The notes beneath the pieces were generated by a model. The model searched no databases. It saw only the letters and a program-made list of their open reading frames with translations, and had not been told where the DNA came from. Positions 51,430 through 62,749 of a stretch of 64,000 bases of DNA are shown here, piece by piece. A program made the translations under genes and the position numbers. Origin of the DNA: Felis catus (taxonomy: Eukaryota); assembly GCF_018350175.1 (NCBI RefSeq), contig NC_058368.1:22570001-22634000 (forward strand), in the 5' to 3' direction. The stretch's first letter is position 1. Every line of letters begins with the position of its first letter.

Positions 51430-54400
51430 TAGTTACCAATCAGACTTGTAAATGTAGTAAATTGTGACAATTGTTTCCTAAACTTCTAATACCCATTGTA
51501 TAGTCTGTCTATTGTCTTGAGTGTTGTTTGCCCCTCAGAGGAAAAGTTTATAAGGAAAAGACAAGGAAAGATCCCACTAGTCCATCTTCCAGCTGCCCCA
51601 GGGACTGAGTGTTCAGAAGGACTGGCATTCTTTGCACAAATTTTGTCCTTTGGATCAACTTGGTGTAAGGTCATCATTTCAAAAATTGGAATGACTTCCT
51701 CTGTCATATCTTTGTGACCCTGAGATCTGCTTTGTTGTTTATTCAGCCCTAACTTGAGACAGGTGACCTTTGCCCAAATTTCAGAGGCAGAAGTGCAGAC
51801 AAGCACCATCCTTACACCACCGCAGGTCTCCTGGGGCCCACTCAACTTCAAACTGCACATCTCCCAGGGCCAAGAGGTTTTTTTCAGCATTTCCTCCCTG
51901 TAAAGCACTCGTGCAACTGGCACAATATCACCAGGGACAATTCAGAATTGTAATGGCCGCTTTGGGGAAGTTTTGACATAAACAAGATTGTTTACATGAG
52001 AGGCACTCTAGAAACAAAAAGTGAGGCAACTTTCAAGAGGAAGTTGTCTAAAAGAAAGATTCTTTTATTTAATGTTGGTGATACCCCTTCCTTTACTTCC
52101 ATCCGTTGGGGACTAATAAATGCTGGATTTTTTTTGTTTTTTGTTTTTTGTTTTTTTTAAATCAGTCATTGACAAAATTGGCAAGGATGTAAGCCAATTT
52201 TGATGTCACTCCTTTTCATGTATATATTTTGAAATATGTTGGGTTTTTTTTTTTTTAGATTTTATTTTTAAGTAATCTCTTCACCCAATGTGGGGCTTGA
52301 ACTCACAACCCTGAAGTCAAGAGTTGCATGCTCCTCTGACTGAGACAGCCAGGCACCCCCCAAAAATTGTTTTTCTATATACAACCTTTCTTCTCAGAGG
52401 GAACATAATTGTCTTTTTTTAGTGTTAATGTCATATTCATCTAAAGGAGTTTCCTCTTCCTTTTTGTTTTTCATTTCCTCTTTCTCATTTTCCTTCTCTT
52501 AAGAAATAATGATTACTTGATTAAGAGTCCTTCACTCTTTATGTGTACATTTGAGGAATGTATAGTCCAGATAAATAGGTGAAATATCTGAAATGTAAAA
52601 AAAGACAAAGTTATTAAGATGTATTCCATTTGTGGACCCTAAAAGTATATTTACATAATAGCTTTGTTATTACACTTGTGAGAAAAGAAAGGGCATTACT
52701 TTCAAGTTAAAAGAAGATAACATTTTTAGCATGATTCAGAGTCTTTAAAAATTAGTTTAAAATATAAAAACTAATGTCAGCACAATATTTTGGTTTGTAC
52801 AAAGCCAGGATTAAATTTCTTTTGATTAAACTGAATTTCCTGCATTGTTTATGAATTAAGCAATATTCCACTACTTCCATAACTTGTTTAAAATTCAAAA
52901 TTATACATATAAAATTGTATTTAACTAAAATGACCGATAACAATGAATGCCTTTTTAAAGGTTTAATTTTATGACATTCTAACTTTGGGACAAAGCATAA
53001 GAATTTAATATTTTAACTAAAATTATAATTTCCTAAAATTATGATTATAATTTATAATTATAATTGTAAATCCTTAACTAACTTTAGGACCTTAGACAAA
53101 TAATTAATAAATAATCTTTAGATGCCTAAACAGTTTCTAAATAAGAAACAGATACAAAACAGTGATCATTACATGTAATTTTTTCCTTAGTTTTTACAAG
53201 GGCAGTAGATGAACAAAATTTGTAAATGCCTTTGAATTATACTTTTTAATTATATTATACTTTAAAATTGTTTAAATTGCATGACATAAATGCTAGTAGA
53301 TAGAAAAATATCTGAATTATTCTTTATTTTCTCTCCTCTAAGTTTTCTTATGCTTAATGAAAAAGAAGGTTGATTATTTTGGTTAAAGATGATAATTAAT
53401 ATAAATAGTTAATACAGAGAAATACAAATATGCATAGAAGATAATGATATGATTTTCTGTTTGTTTATTAAGAAAACTAAAATAGTTTATTCAGAGGGTA
53501 AATTTAATTTGATACACCCTTTGTTTTATTTAATAGATTTAATTTTAAAGCTATAGTTCAATACTTTAAATTCATTACTATTTGTGTATTTATACATTTG
53601 TGAATGCCTAAATGCATACATATGAGGGCATATTAATAAATCCTTTATTATAGATTGTTTTAGGAATAATGTACAAAAAAGTAATATTAGAATTAGTCTT
53701 TTTAATATAAAATACTTAGGTTATTTTATACTCATTAATAAAGATTTTTGTAAATAAAATATTCTGTTAAATTTCAGTGCTTCTGATATAATTTTAAATC
53801 ATTTTTAAAAAGATTCCTTGCTTTCAAGATAAAGTTTCTAATAATTATTTTTGAGTATTTTTATAATGTTGCCTATAGTTATTTCTTGACTCTGAGTTAT
53901 ATCTTCTCTCATCAAACAATTATTCCTGATTCTTTCCCAAATCCAGGCCCCCAATTTAGGATAAAGCTATTTATATGCCATTTGTGCCTAAACCATCTTT
54001 GGGTTTTACTACAATGGCCAAGGGGTAACACAAGATTTGTTCTTTCATCCTATGAAAGAAAGAAAAAATGAGAATAATTAGATTTCTAAAAATCCTTTGA
54101 ATTTTGATTAATATAAAGCATTATAAGAGTGTATTTATTAACCAAACTTAGTAATAAAAAAGCTCATAAATTACCATAAAAAAGGTTGAAGTCCCTAAGT
54201 TAATTACACTTAGGTAAAATATGCTGATACAAATATCTTTGAGGGATTCCATACTGTTTAAGTTAAAAGAAGCATGCATATGTTTAAATACAAAGATTTC
54301 TATAGCTGAGTATAAAAAGATTTTTTCCAGGGTTCTAGGCTCACAAACACTTTTTCCTTTTTTGGCATGACAAATCTCAATAAGCACTAGACTTTCTGAG

Positions 54401-54450
54401 TCAATCACATGGGAATCATCAGAGACCAACTGTTGATTTCAGTCTTTCAT
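51430..54450 (+). mobile_element. Probable 5' part (LTR/leader and AT-rich internal region) of the same ERV
   Basis: Inferred from position: begins where the old L1 breaks off and leads into pol. No LTR ends or PBS could be resolved. Confidence 0.4.
52243..52360 (-). mobile_element. Short tRNA-like Can-SINE (no CT tract)
   Basis: The minus strand reads GGGGTGCCTGGCTGTCTCAGTCAGAGGAGCATGCAACTCTTGA...GAGTTCAAGCCCCACATTGGGTGAAGAGATTACTTAAAAATAAAA. Confidence 0.85.
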
Positions 54451-54572
54451 TAGATCTCATTAAGCCATCTTGTTTAAGACTGATAGCAACTCCAGCAGGC
54501 TTATAGAGGCCTTATATCCACTTAGTCAACTTAGTTCAATGGTCTCCACTAAACTTTTAACAGTCTCCCTGT

Positions 54573-54915
54573 CGGTGGTGTCTGGCTGACTCAGTCAGAA
54601 GAATATGTGACTCTTTTTTTAAAAAAAAATTTTTTTTTTAACATTTATTTATTTTTGAGACAGAGAGAGACAGAGCATGAATGGGGGAGGGGCAGAGAGA
54701 GAGGGAGACACAGAATCGGAAGCAGGCTCCAGGCTCTGAGCCATCAGCCCAGAGCCTGACGCGGGGCTCAAACTCACGGACCGCGAGATCGTGACCTGGC
54801 TGAAGTCGGACGCTTAACCGACTGCGCCACCCAGGCGCCCCGAAGAATATGTGACTCTTGATCTCTGGGTCATGAGTTCAAGCCCCACATTAGGTGTAGA
54901 GATTACTTAAAAGAA
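54573..54915 (+). mobile_element. Short tRNA-like Can-SINE split by a younger SINE
   Basis: Halves 54573-54615 and 54842-54915 rejoin into the same short SINE type as at 52243. Confidence 0.82.
54616..54841 (-). mobile_element. Young feline Can-SINE (SINEC_Fc-like)
   Basis: Perfect 18-bp TSD GAAGAATATGTGACTCTT at 54598-54615 and 54842-54859. Confidence 0.95.
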
Positions 54916-55634
54916 ATAGTTTTCCTGTTATACAGACTCTCCTATTGATAGAAATAACCTGGGACTTCTCAGCCAATCACATAACTTCCTATATGATTTT
55001 GCTGGTTTCCCTTAAAACATCATCATCTGTTGCTTTAACACTAAACTAGCTACCCTCCTTTCCTCATCTATTAAAAAAAAAGCCCATGATGGGTTACCTC
55101 AGTAATGGAGGTATCCATACTTTGCATGGACCTTTTAGATTCTCCCTTGGATATCCCTGATTTAATTTTGTTTGTTGGTTGGTTCTTACTTTGGAAGAAA
55201 AACTAAAATTTCCAAGCAGGCTATGCTTGAATTTACCCTTGAAATATGAGTTTTACCTTGAAATAAAATCAATTCAGATGACTAAATTAATTGCCTTTAC
55301 TCAGACTTGCTGACAAAAGGATAAAAGAACCAATATTTATACTTATACATGGAATATGATTTTGGATCCATCCATGAATTCAAAATAGTTTAGAAATAGA
55401 GATTTCCTGACACTACAAGACTCCCTATAAAGTAGACAATGAATCAAAGAACCTTGAGATGTCTTGCTCTTACCCAAAGAGAAAGAAAGCCATAATAAAA
55501 GTAGAGTTTAGCAAGCCCATTTCATGATTTACCTACAATGGCAGAGATAAACTGGCAATGATATTGAACCAACACTGGCAGGGAATTTGAAGGCTATTGC
55601 TAAGGACATTTTTTTTTTTTAATATATGAAATTT

Positions 55635-55725
55635 ATTGTCAAATTGGTTTCCATACAACACCCAGTGCTCATCCCAAAACATTGTCAAATTGGTTTCCAT
55701 ACAACACCCAGTGCTCATCCCAAAA
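55635..55725. repeat. 46-bp tandem duplication in the L1 3' UTR
   Basis: ATTGTCAAATTGGTTTCCATACAACACCCAGTGCTCATCCCAAAA starts at both 55635 and 55681. Confidence 0.95.
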
Positions 55726-55885
55726 GGTGCCCTCCTCAATACCCATCACCCACCCCCCTCCTCCCACCCCCCATCAACCCTCAGTTTGTTCTCAGTTTTT
55801 AACAGTCTCTTATGTTTTGGCTCTCTCCCACTCTAACCTCTTTTTTTTTTTCCTTCCCTTCCCCCATGGGTTTCTGTTAAGTTTC

Positions 55886-58800
55886 TTAGGATCCACATAA
55901 GAGTGAAACCATATGGTATCTGTCTTTCTCTGTATGGCTTATTTCACTTAGCATCACACTCTCCAGTTCCATCCACGTTGCTACAAATGGCCATATTTCA
56001 TTCTTTCTCATTGCCACGTAGTATTCCATTGTGTATATAAACCACAATTTCTTTATCCATTCATCAGTTGATGGACATTTAGGCTCTTTCCATAATTTGG
56101 CTATTGTTGAGAGTGCTGCTATAAACATTGGGGTACAAGTGCCCCTATGCATCAGCACTCCTCTATCCCTTGGATAAATTCCTAGCAGTGCTATTGCTGG
56201 GTCATAGGGTAGGTCTATTTTTAATTTTCTGAGGAACCTCCACACTGCTTTCCAGAGCGGCTGCACCAATTTGCATTCCCACCAACAGTGCAAGAGGATT
56301 CCCGTTTCTCCACATCCTCTCCAGCATCTAGAGTCTCCTGATTTGTTCATTTTGGCCACTCTGACTGGCGTGAGGTGATATCTGAGTGTGGTTTTGATTT
56401 GTATTTCCCTGATAAGGAGCGACGTTGAACATCTTTTCATGTGCCTGTTGGCCATCCGGATGTCTTCTTTAGAGAAGTGTCTATTCATGTTTTCTGCCCA
56501 TTTCTTCACTGGGTTATTTGTTTTTCGGGTGTGGAGTTTGGTGAGCTCTTTATAGATTTTGGATACTAGCCCTTTGTCCAATATGTCATTTGTGAATATC
56601 TTTTCCCATTCCGTTGGTTGCCTTTTAGTTTTGTTGGTTGTTTCCTTTGCTGTGCAGAAGCTTTTTATCTTCATAAGGTCCCAGTAATTCACTTTTGCTT
56701 TTAATTCCCTTGCCTTTGGGGATGTGTCGAGTAAGAGATTGCTGTGGCTGAGGTCAGAGAGGTCTTTTCCTGCTTTCTCCTCTAAGGTTTTGATGGTTTC
56801 CTGTCTCACATTCAGGTCCTTTATCCATTTTGAGTTTATTTTTGTGAATGGTGTGAGAAAGTGGTCTAGTTTCAACCTTCTGCATGTTGCTGTCCAGTTG
56901 TCTCAGCACCATTTGTTAAAGAGACTGTCTTTTTTCCTTTGGATGTTCTTTCCTGCTTTGTCAAAGATGAGTTGGCCATACGTTTGTGGGTCTAGTTCTG
57001 GGGTTTCTATTCTATTCCATTGGTCTATTTGTCTGTTTTTGTGCCAATACCATGCTGTCTTGATGATGACAGCTTTGTAGTAGAGGCTAAAGTCTGGGAT
57101 TGTGATGCCTCCTGCTTTGGTCTTCTTCTTCAAAATTACTTTGGCTATTCGGGGCCTTTTGTGGTTCCATATGAATTTTAGGATTGCTTGTTCTAGTTTC
57201 GAGAAGAATGCTGGTGCAATTTTGATTGGGATTGCATTGAATGTGTAGATAGCTTTGGGTAGTATTGACATTTTGACAATATTTATTCTTCCAATCCATG
57301 AGCAGGGAATGTCTTTCCATTTCTTTATATCTTCTTCAATTACCTTCATAAGCTTTCTATAGTTTTCAGCATACAGATCTTTTACATCTTTGGTTAGATT
57401 TATTCCTAGGTATTTTATGCTTCTTGGTGCAGTTGTGAATGGGATCAGTTTCTTTGTCTTTCTGTTGCCTCATTGTTAGTGTATAAGAATGCAACTGATT
57501 TCTGTACATTGATTTTGTATCCTGCAACTTTGCTGAATTCATGTATCAGTTCTAGCAGACTTTTGGTGGAGTCTATCGGATTTTCCATGTATAATATCAT
57601 GTCATCTGCAAAAAGTGAAAGCTTGACTTCATCTTTGCCAATTTTGATGCCTTTGATTTCCTTTTGTTGTCTGATTGCTGATGCTAGAACTTCCAGCACT
57701 ATGTTAAACAACAGTGGTGAGAGTGGGCATCCCTGTCGTGTTCCTGATCTCAGGGAAAAAGCTCTCAGTTTTTCCCCATTGAGGATGATGTTAGCTGTGG
57801 GCCTTTCATAAATGGCTTTTATGATCTTTAAGTATGTTCCTTCTATCCCGACTTTCTCAAGGGTTTTTATTAAGAAAGGGTGCTGGATTTTGTCAAAGGC
57901 CTTTTCTGCATCGATTGACAGGATCATATGGTTCTTCTCTTTTTTTTTGTTAATGTGATGTATCACGTTGATTGATTTGCGAATGTTGAACCAGCCCTGC
58001 ATCCCAGGAATGAATCCCACTTGATCATGGTGAATAATTCTTTTTATATGCCGTTGAATTCGATTTGCTAGTATCTTATTGAGAATTTTTGCATCCATAT
58101 TCATCAGGGATATTGGCCTGTAGTTCTCTTTTTTTACTGGGTCTCTGTCTGGTTTAGGAATCAGAGTAATACTGGCTTCATAGAATGAGTCTGGAAGTTT
58201 TCCTTCCCTTTCTATTTCTTGGAATAGCTTGAGAAGGATAGGTATTATCTCTGCTTTAAACGTCTGGTAGAACTCCCCTGGGAAGCCATCTGGTTTGTTG
58301 GGAGATTTTTGATAACCGATTCAATTTCTTCGCTGGTTATGGGTCTGTTCAAGCTTTCTATTTCCTCCTGATTGAGTTTTGGAAGAGTGTGGGTGTTCAG
58401 GAATTTGTCCATTTCTTCCAGGTTGTCCAATTTGTTGGCATATACTTTTTCATAGTATTCCCTGATAATTGTTTGTATCTCTGAGGGATTGGTTGTAATA
58501 ATTCCATTTTCATTCATGATTTTATCTATTTGGGTCACCTCCCTTTTCTTTTTGAGAAGCCTGGCTAGAGGTTTATCAATTTTGTTTATTTTTTCAAAAA
58601 ACCAACTCTTGGTTTCGTTGATCTGCTCTACAGTTTTTTTAGATTCTATATTGTTTATTTCTGCTCTGATCTTTATTATTTCTCTTGTTCTTCTGGGTTT
58701 AGGCTGCCTTTACTGTTCTGCTTCTATTTCCTTTAGGTGTGCTGTTAGATTTTGTATTTGGGATTTTTCTTGTTTCTTGAGATAGGCCTGGATTGCAATG

Positions 58801-59693
58801 TATTTTCCTCTCAGGACTGCCTTCGCTGCGTCCCAAAGCATTTGGATTGTTGTATTTTCATTTTCGTTTGTTTCCATATATTTTTTAATTTCTTCTCTAA
58901 TTGCCTGGTTGACCTATTCATTCTTTAGTAGGGTGTTCTTTAACCTCCATGCTTTTGGAGGTTTTCCAGACTTTTTCCTGTGGTTGATTTCAAGCTTCAT
59001 AGCATTGTGGTCTGAAAGTATGCATGGTATAATTTCAATTCTTGTAAACTTATGAAGGGCTGTTTTGTGACCCAGTATATGATCTATCTTGGAGAATGTT
59101 CCATGTGCACTCGAGAAGAAAGTATATTCTGTTGCTTTGGGATGCAGAGTTCTAAATATATCTGTCAAGTCCATCTGATCTAATGTCTCATTCAGGGCCC
59201 TTGTTTCTTTATTGACCATGTGTCTAGATGATCTATCCATTTCTGTAAGTGGGGTGTTAAAGTCCCCTGCAATTACCACATTCTTATCAATAAGGTTGCT
59301 TATGTTTATGAGTAATTGTTTTATATATTTGGGGGCTCCGATATTTGGTGCATAGACATTTATAATTGTTAGCTCTTCCTGATGGATAGACCCTGTAACT
59401 ATTATATAATGCCCTTCTTCATCTCTTGTTACAGCCTTTAATTTAAAGTCTAGTTTGTCTGATATAAGTATGGCTACTCCAGCTTTCTTTTGGCTTCCAG
59501 TAGCATGATAAATAGTTCTCCATCCCCTCACTCTCAATCTAAAGGTGTCCTCAGATCTAAAATGAGTCTCTTGTAGACAGCAAATAGATGGGTCTTGTTT
59601 TTTTATCCATTCTGATACCCTGTGTCTTTTGGTTGGCGCATTTAGTCCATTTACGTTCAGTGTTATTATAGAAAGATATGTGTTTAGAGTCAT
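55886..59693 (-). pseudogene. L1 ORF2, inactivated by at least four lesions
   Basis: Starts MTLNTYLSIITLNVNGLN. Stops at 58914 and 56903, frameshifting deletions near 58293 and 57455. FADD RT motif and C-terminal CWRGC...HCWWEC present. Confidence 0.93.
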
Positions 59694-59743
59694 TGTGATG
59701 TCTGTAGGTTTCATGTTTGTAGTGATGTTTCTGGTACTTTGTC

Positions 59744-60637
59744 TCACAGGATCCCCCTTAGGATCTCTTGTAGGGCTGGTTTAGTGATGACGAATTCCTT
59801 CAGTTTTTGCTTGTTTGGGAATACCTTTATCTCTCCTTCTATTCTAAATGACAGACTTGCTGGATAAAGGATTCTCGGCTGCATATTTTTTCTGTTTAGC
59901 ACACTGATGATCTCGTGCCAATCCTTTCTGGCCTGCCAAGTTTCAAAAGAGAGATCAGTCACGAGTCTTATAGGTTTCCCTTTATATGTGAGGGCACGTT
60001 TATCCCTTGCTGCTTTCAGAATTTTGTCTTTATCCTTGTATTTTGCCAGTTTCACTATGATATGTCGTGCAGAAGATCGATTCAAGTTACGTCTGAAGGG
60101 AGTTCTCTGTGCCTCTTGGATTTCAATGCCTTTTTCCTTCCCCAGTTCAGGGAAGTTCTCAGCTATTATTTCTTCAAGTACCCCTTCAGCACCTTTCCCT
60201 CTCTCTTCCTCCTCTGGGATACCAATTATGCGTATATTATTTCTTTTTAGTGTATCACTCAGTTCTCTAATTTTCCCCTCATACTCCTGGATTTTTTTAT
60301 CTCTCTTTTTCTCAGCTTCCTCTTTTTCCATAACTTTATCTTCTAGTTCACCTATTCTCTCCTCTGCCTCTTCAATCCGAGCCGTCGTGGTTTCCATTTT
60401 GTTTTGCATTTCGTTTAAAGCGTTTTTCAGCTCCTTGTGACTGTTCCTTAGTCCCTTGATCTCTGTAGCAAGAGATTCTCTGCTGTCCTCTATACTGTTT
60501 TCAAGCCCAGCGATTAATTTTATGACTATTATTTTAAATTCACTTTCTGTTATATCATTTAAATCCTTTTTGATCAGTTCATTATCTGTTGTTATTTCCT
60601 GGAGATTCTTTTGAGGGGAATTCTTCCGTTTGGTCAT
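59744..60637 (-). CDS. L1 ORF1p (coiled coil-RRM-CTD), intact, 297 aa
   Basis: Open from ATG (MTKRKNSPQK) at 60637 to TGA at 59744, with NIRIIGIPE, IQEAQRTP and ILYPASLSF motifs. Confidence 0.85.
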   Translation of the reverse strand: MTKRKNSPQKNLQEITTDNELIKKDLNDITESEFKIIVIKLIAGLENSIEDSRESLATEIKGLRNSHKELKNALNEMQNKMETTTARIEEAEERIGELEDKVMEKEEAEKKRDKKIQEYEGKIRELSDTLKRNNIRIIGIPEEEERGKGAEGVLEEIIAENFPELGKEKGIEIQEAQRTPFRRNLNRSSARHIIVKLAKYKDKDKILKAARDKRALTYKGKPIRLVTDLSFETWQARKDWHEIISVLNRKNMQPRILYPASLSFRIEGEIKVFPNKQKLKEFVITKPALQEILRGIL

Positions 60638-61583
60638 TTTGGATAGTCCCTGGAGTGGTGAGAACCTGCAGGGCACTTCCCCTGTGCGGTGGTGTATAAT
60701 GAGTTGGTGGGCGGGGTCGCAGTCAGTCCTGATGTCTGCCCCCAGCCCACCGCTGTGGCCACAGGCCACAGACTGGTGTGTGCCTTCTCTTCCCCTCTCC
60801 TAGGGGCGGTATTCACTGTGGGATGGCGTGGCCTGTCTGGGCTACTTGCACACTGCCAGGCTTGTGATGCTGGGGATCTGGCGTATTAGCTGGGGTAGGT
60901 AGGCAAGGTGCACGGGGGCAGGAGGGGGAGGCTTAGCTCGCTTCTCCTTAGGTGATCCACTTCAGGAGGGGCCCTGTGGCAGCAGGAGGGAGTCAGATCT
61001 GCTGCCTGAGCTTTGGCTCCGCAGAAGCACAGAGTTGGGTGTTTGCGCGGAGCGAGCAAGTTCCCTGGCAGGAACTGGTTCCCTTTGGGATTTTGGCTGG
61101 GGGATAGGCGAGGGAGATGGCGCTGGCGAGCGCCTTTGTTCCCCACCAAACTGAGCTCTGTCGTCCGGGGGCTCAGCAGCTCTCCCTCCCTTTGTCCTCC
61201 AGCCTTCCCGCTTTCTGAGCAGAGCTGTTAACTTATGACCTCCCAGACGCTAAGTCGCGCTTGCTGTCCGAACACACTCTGTCCGTCGGGCCCCTCCGCT
61301 TTTGCCAGCCAGACTCAGGGGCTCTGCTTGGCTGGTGAGCCGCCCCTCCGCCCCGGCTCCCTCCCGCCAGTCCGTGGAGTGTGCACCGCCTCGCCGCCCT
61401 TCCTACCCTCTTCCGTGGGCCTCTCATCTGCGCTTGGCTCCGGAGACTCCGTTCTGCTAATCCTCTGGCGGTTTTCTGGGTTATTTAGGCAGGTGTAGGT
61501 GGAATCTAAGTGATCAGCAGGACGCGCGGTGAGCCCAGCCTCCTCCTACGCCACCATCTTCTTCCCCCCTCGCTAAGGACATT

Positions 61584-62320
61584 CTAATGCGTGCCCTACC
61601 TGCCATCAACACAATTCTAGCAAGTCTGTAAAGGTACAACATGGACAACAACAGCCCCAAGGCTCCTTTGAACATCCCCAGAAGATCTGTGAATGTGTTC
61701 TGGTTATTGTTTATTCTCAGAGTGTGTTAAGGCTTTTCTTTGCTAGAGAGCTCTGGCTGTATGGTAGAAAAAAAAATTGCTTAATTTGGGAATCCCAACC
61801 TGTCTCTTCAGTAAGAGACACACATTTCACTGACATAGTCATCAAAGAACTGTAAAGCTTTACCCTTTACTTAGAAACAATACTCCTTATCCACGGACAA
61901 CAGGGAAAGTAACAACTAATGGAATTCTAAAATCCTCAAACTTCTAATGGTTGAAGTATTTCCATTGGCCTTGATTGCAGACAATGAGATCAGTCCCCTC
62001 TAGAACCAACAAAGTATCTCCTCCTGAGTATATAACAAGCTGCCTTGAGCATTTGGGAATTACTTCCAATCTTTGATCCTATCCTATTGCCATCTAACGT
62101 GATGACTATAGGAAAGCTGCATTTCCAAAGTATTCTCCAAAGCAGTCTCTGATCAGAAACCTAGATATTTGGTCTTCTGGAAAAGACCTCAGAGAAAAAC
62201 TTTTCTTGATCCCAGATGGAAAATACCCTATTGTTATCTTTAACAACTGACATTGTATTAACAGTCCAATATTTTAATTTTTGGACTCATGTCTCCCAAG
62301 TAAAAAGACATTCAGAACTC
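61584..62320 (+). mobile_element. Decayed class I ERV integrase remnant
   Basis: CPTCHQHN (zinc-finger CC), remnants of PQGxFEH, VLVIV, WGIPT, THFT..VIKEL, GKV..TNGILK, and a GPY/F-type module (LVFWKRPQRKTFLDPRWK...WTHVSQVK). Confidence 0.82.
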
Positions 62321-62370
62321 CCCCCCCCCCCCCAACTACTGGAAGTCCATTCCTTTGAAAGACCTCAAAC

Positions 62371-62600
62371 CCGGGGTGCCTGGGTGGCTCAGTTGGTTAA
62401 GCGTCCGACTTCAGCTCAGGTCATGATCTCACAGTCCGTGAGTTCGAGCCCCGCGTCGGGCTCTGTGCTGACAGCTCAGAGCCTGGAGCCTGTTTCAGAT
62501 TCTATGTCTCCCTCTCTCTCTGCCCCTCCCCTGTTCATGCTCTGTCTCTCTCTGTCTCAAAAATAAATAAACGTTAAAAAAAAATTTTTTTTTAAAAAAA
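62371..62600 (+). mobile_element. Can-SINE
   Basis: TSD GAAAGACCTCAAAC at 62357-62370 and 62601-62614. Confidence 0.95.
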
Positions 62601-62749
62601 GAAAGACCTCAAACTGAAGATTTTTAGAAATTCTCCAGAAGTTGTTGATTTACAGAAGTGGGAAACTTCTGCCCAAAGCAGTGAAACAAATACTGACTGC
62701 AGAAGCAGATGGCTTTCACACAAGACAGAACAAAATTTTCTAATTCTTT

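Larger units (their letters stand above)
54450..55598 (+). mobile_element. Decayed class I ERV pol remnant: connection, RNase H and start of integrase
   Basis: Manual translation across frameshifts gives PDLILFV.G.Y, FQAGYA, KSIQMTKLIAFTQTC, DKRTNIYT, LLLPKE..AIIKVE and FHDL..NGRDKLAMILNQHW, in the order expected for gammaretrovirus-like pol. Confidence 0.8.
55611..61571 (-). mobile_element. Full-length younger feline LINE-1, about 5.96 kb
   Basis: Perfect 12-bp TSD GCTAAGGACATT at 55599-55610 and 61572-61583. Poly(A) tail and AATAAA near 55611-55637. CpG-rich 5' UTR starting GAGGGGGGAAGAAGATGG. ORF1 and ORF2 in canonical order. Confidence 0.97.

Noticed and set aside
52243..52360. tRNA-Lys-like sequence
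   Set aside because: It has an A-rich tail and degenerate stems, so it is a short SINE rather than a tRNA gene.
60638..60769. 44-aa N-terminal extension of L1 ORF1 in the ORF track
   Set aside because: Starts at GTG within the 5' UTR. The canonical ORF1 ATG is at 60637.
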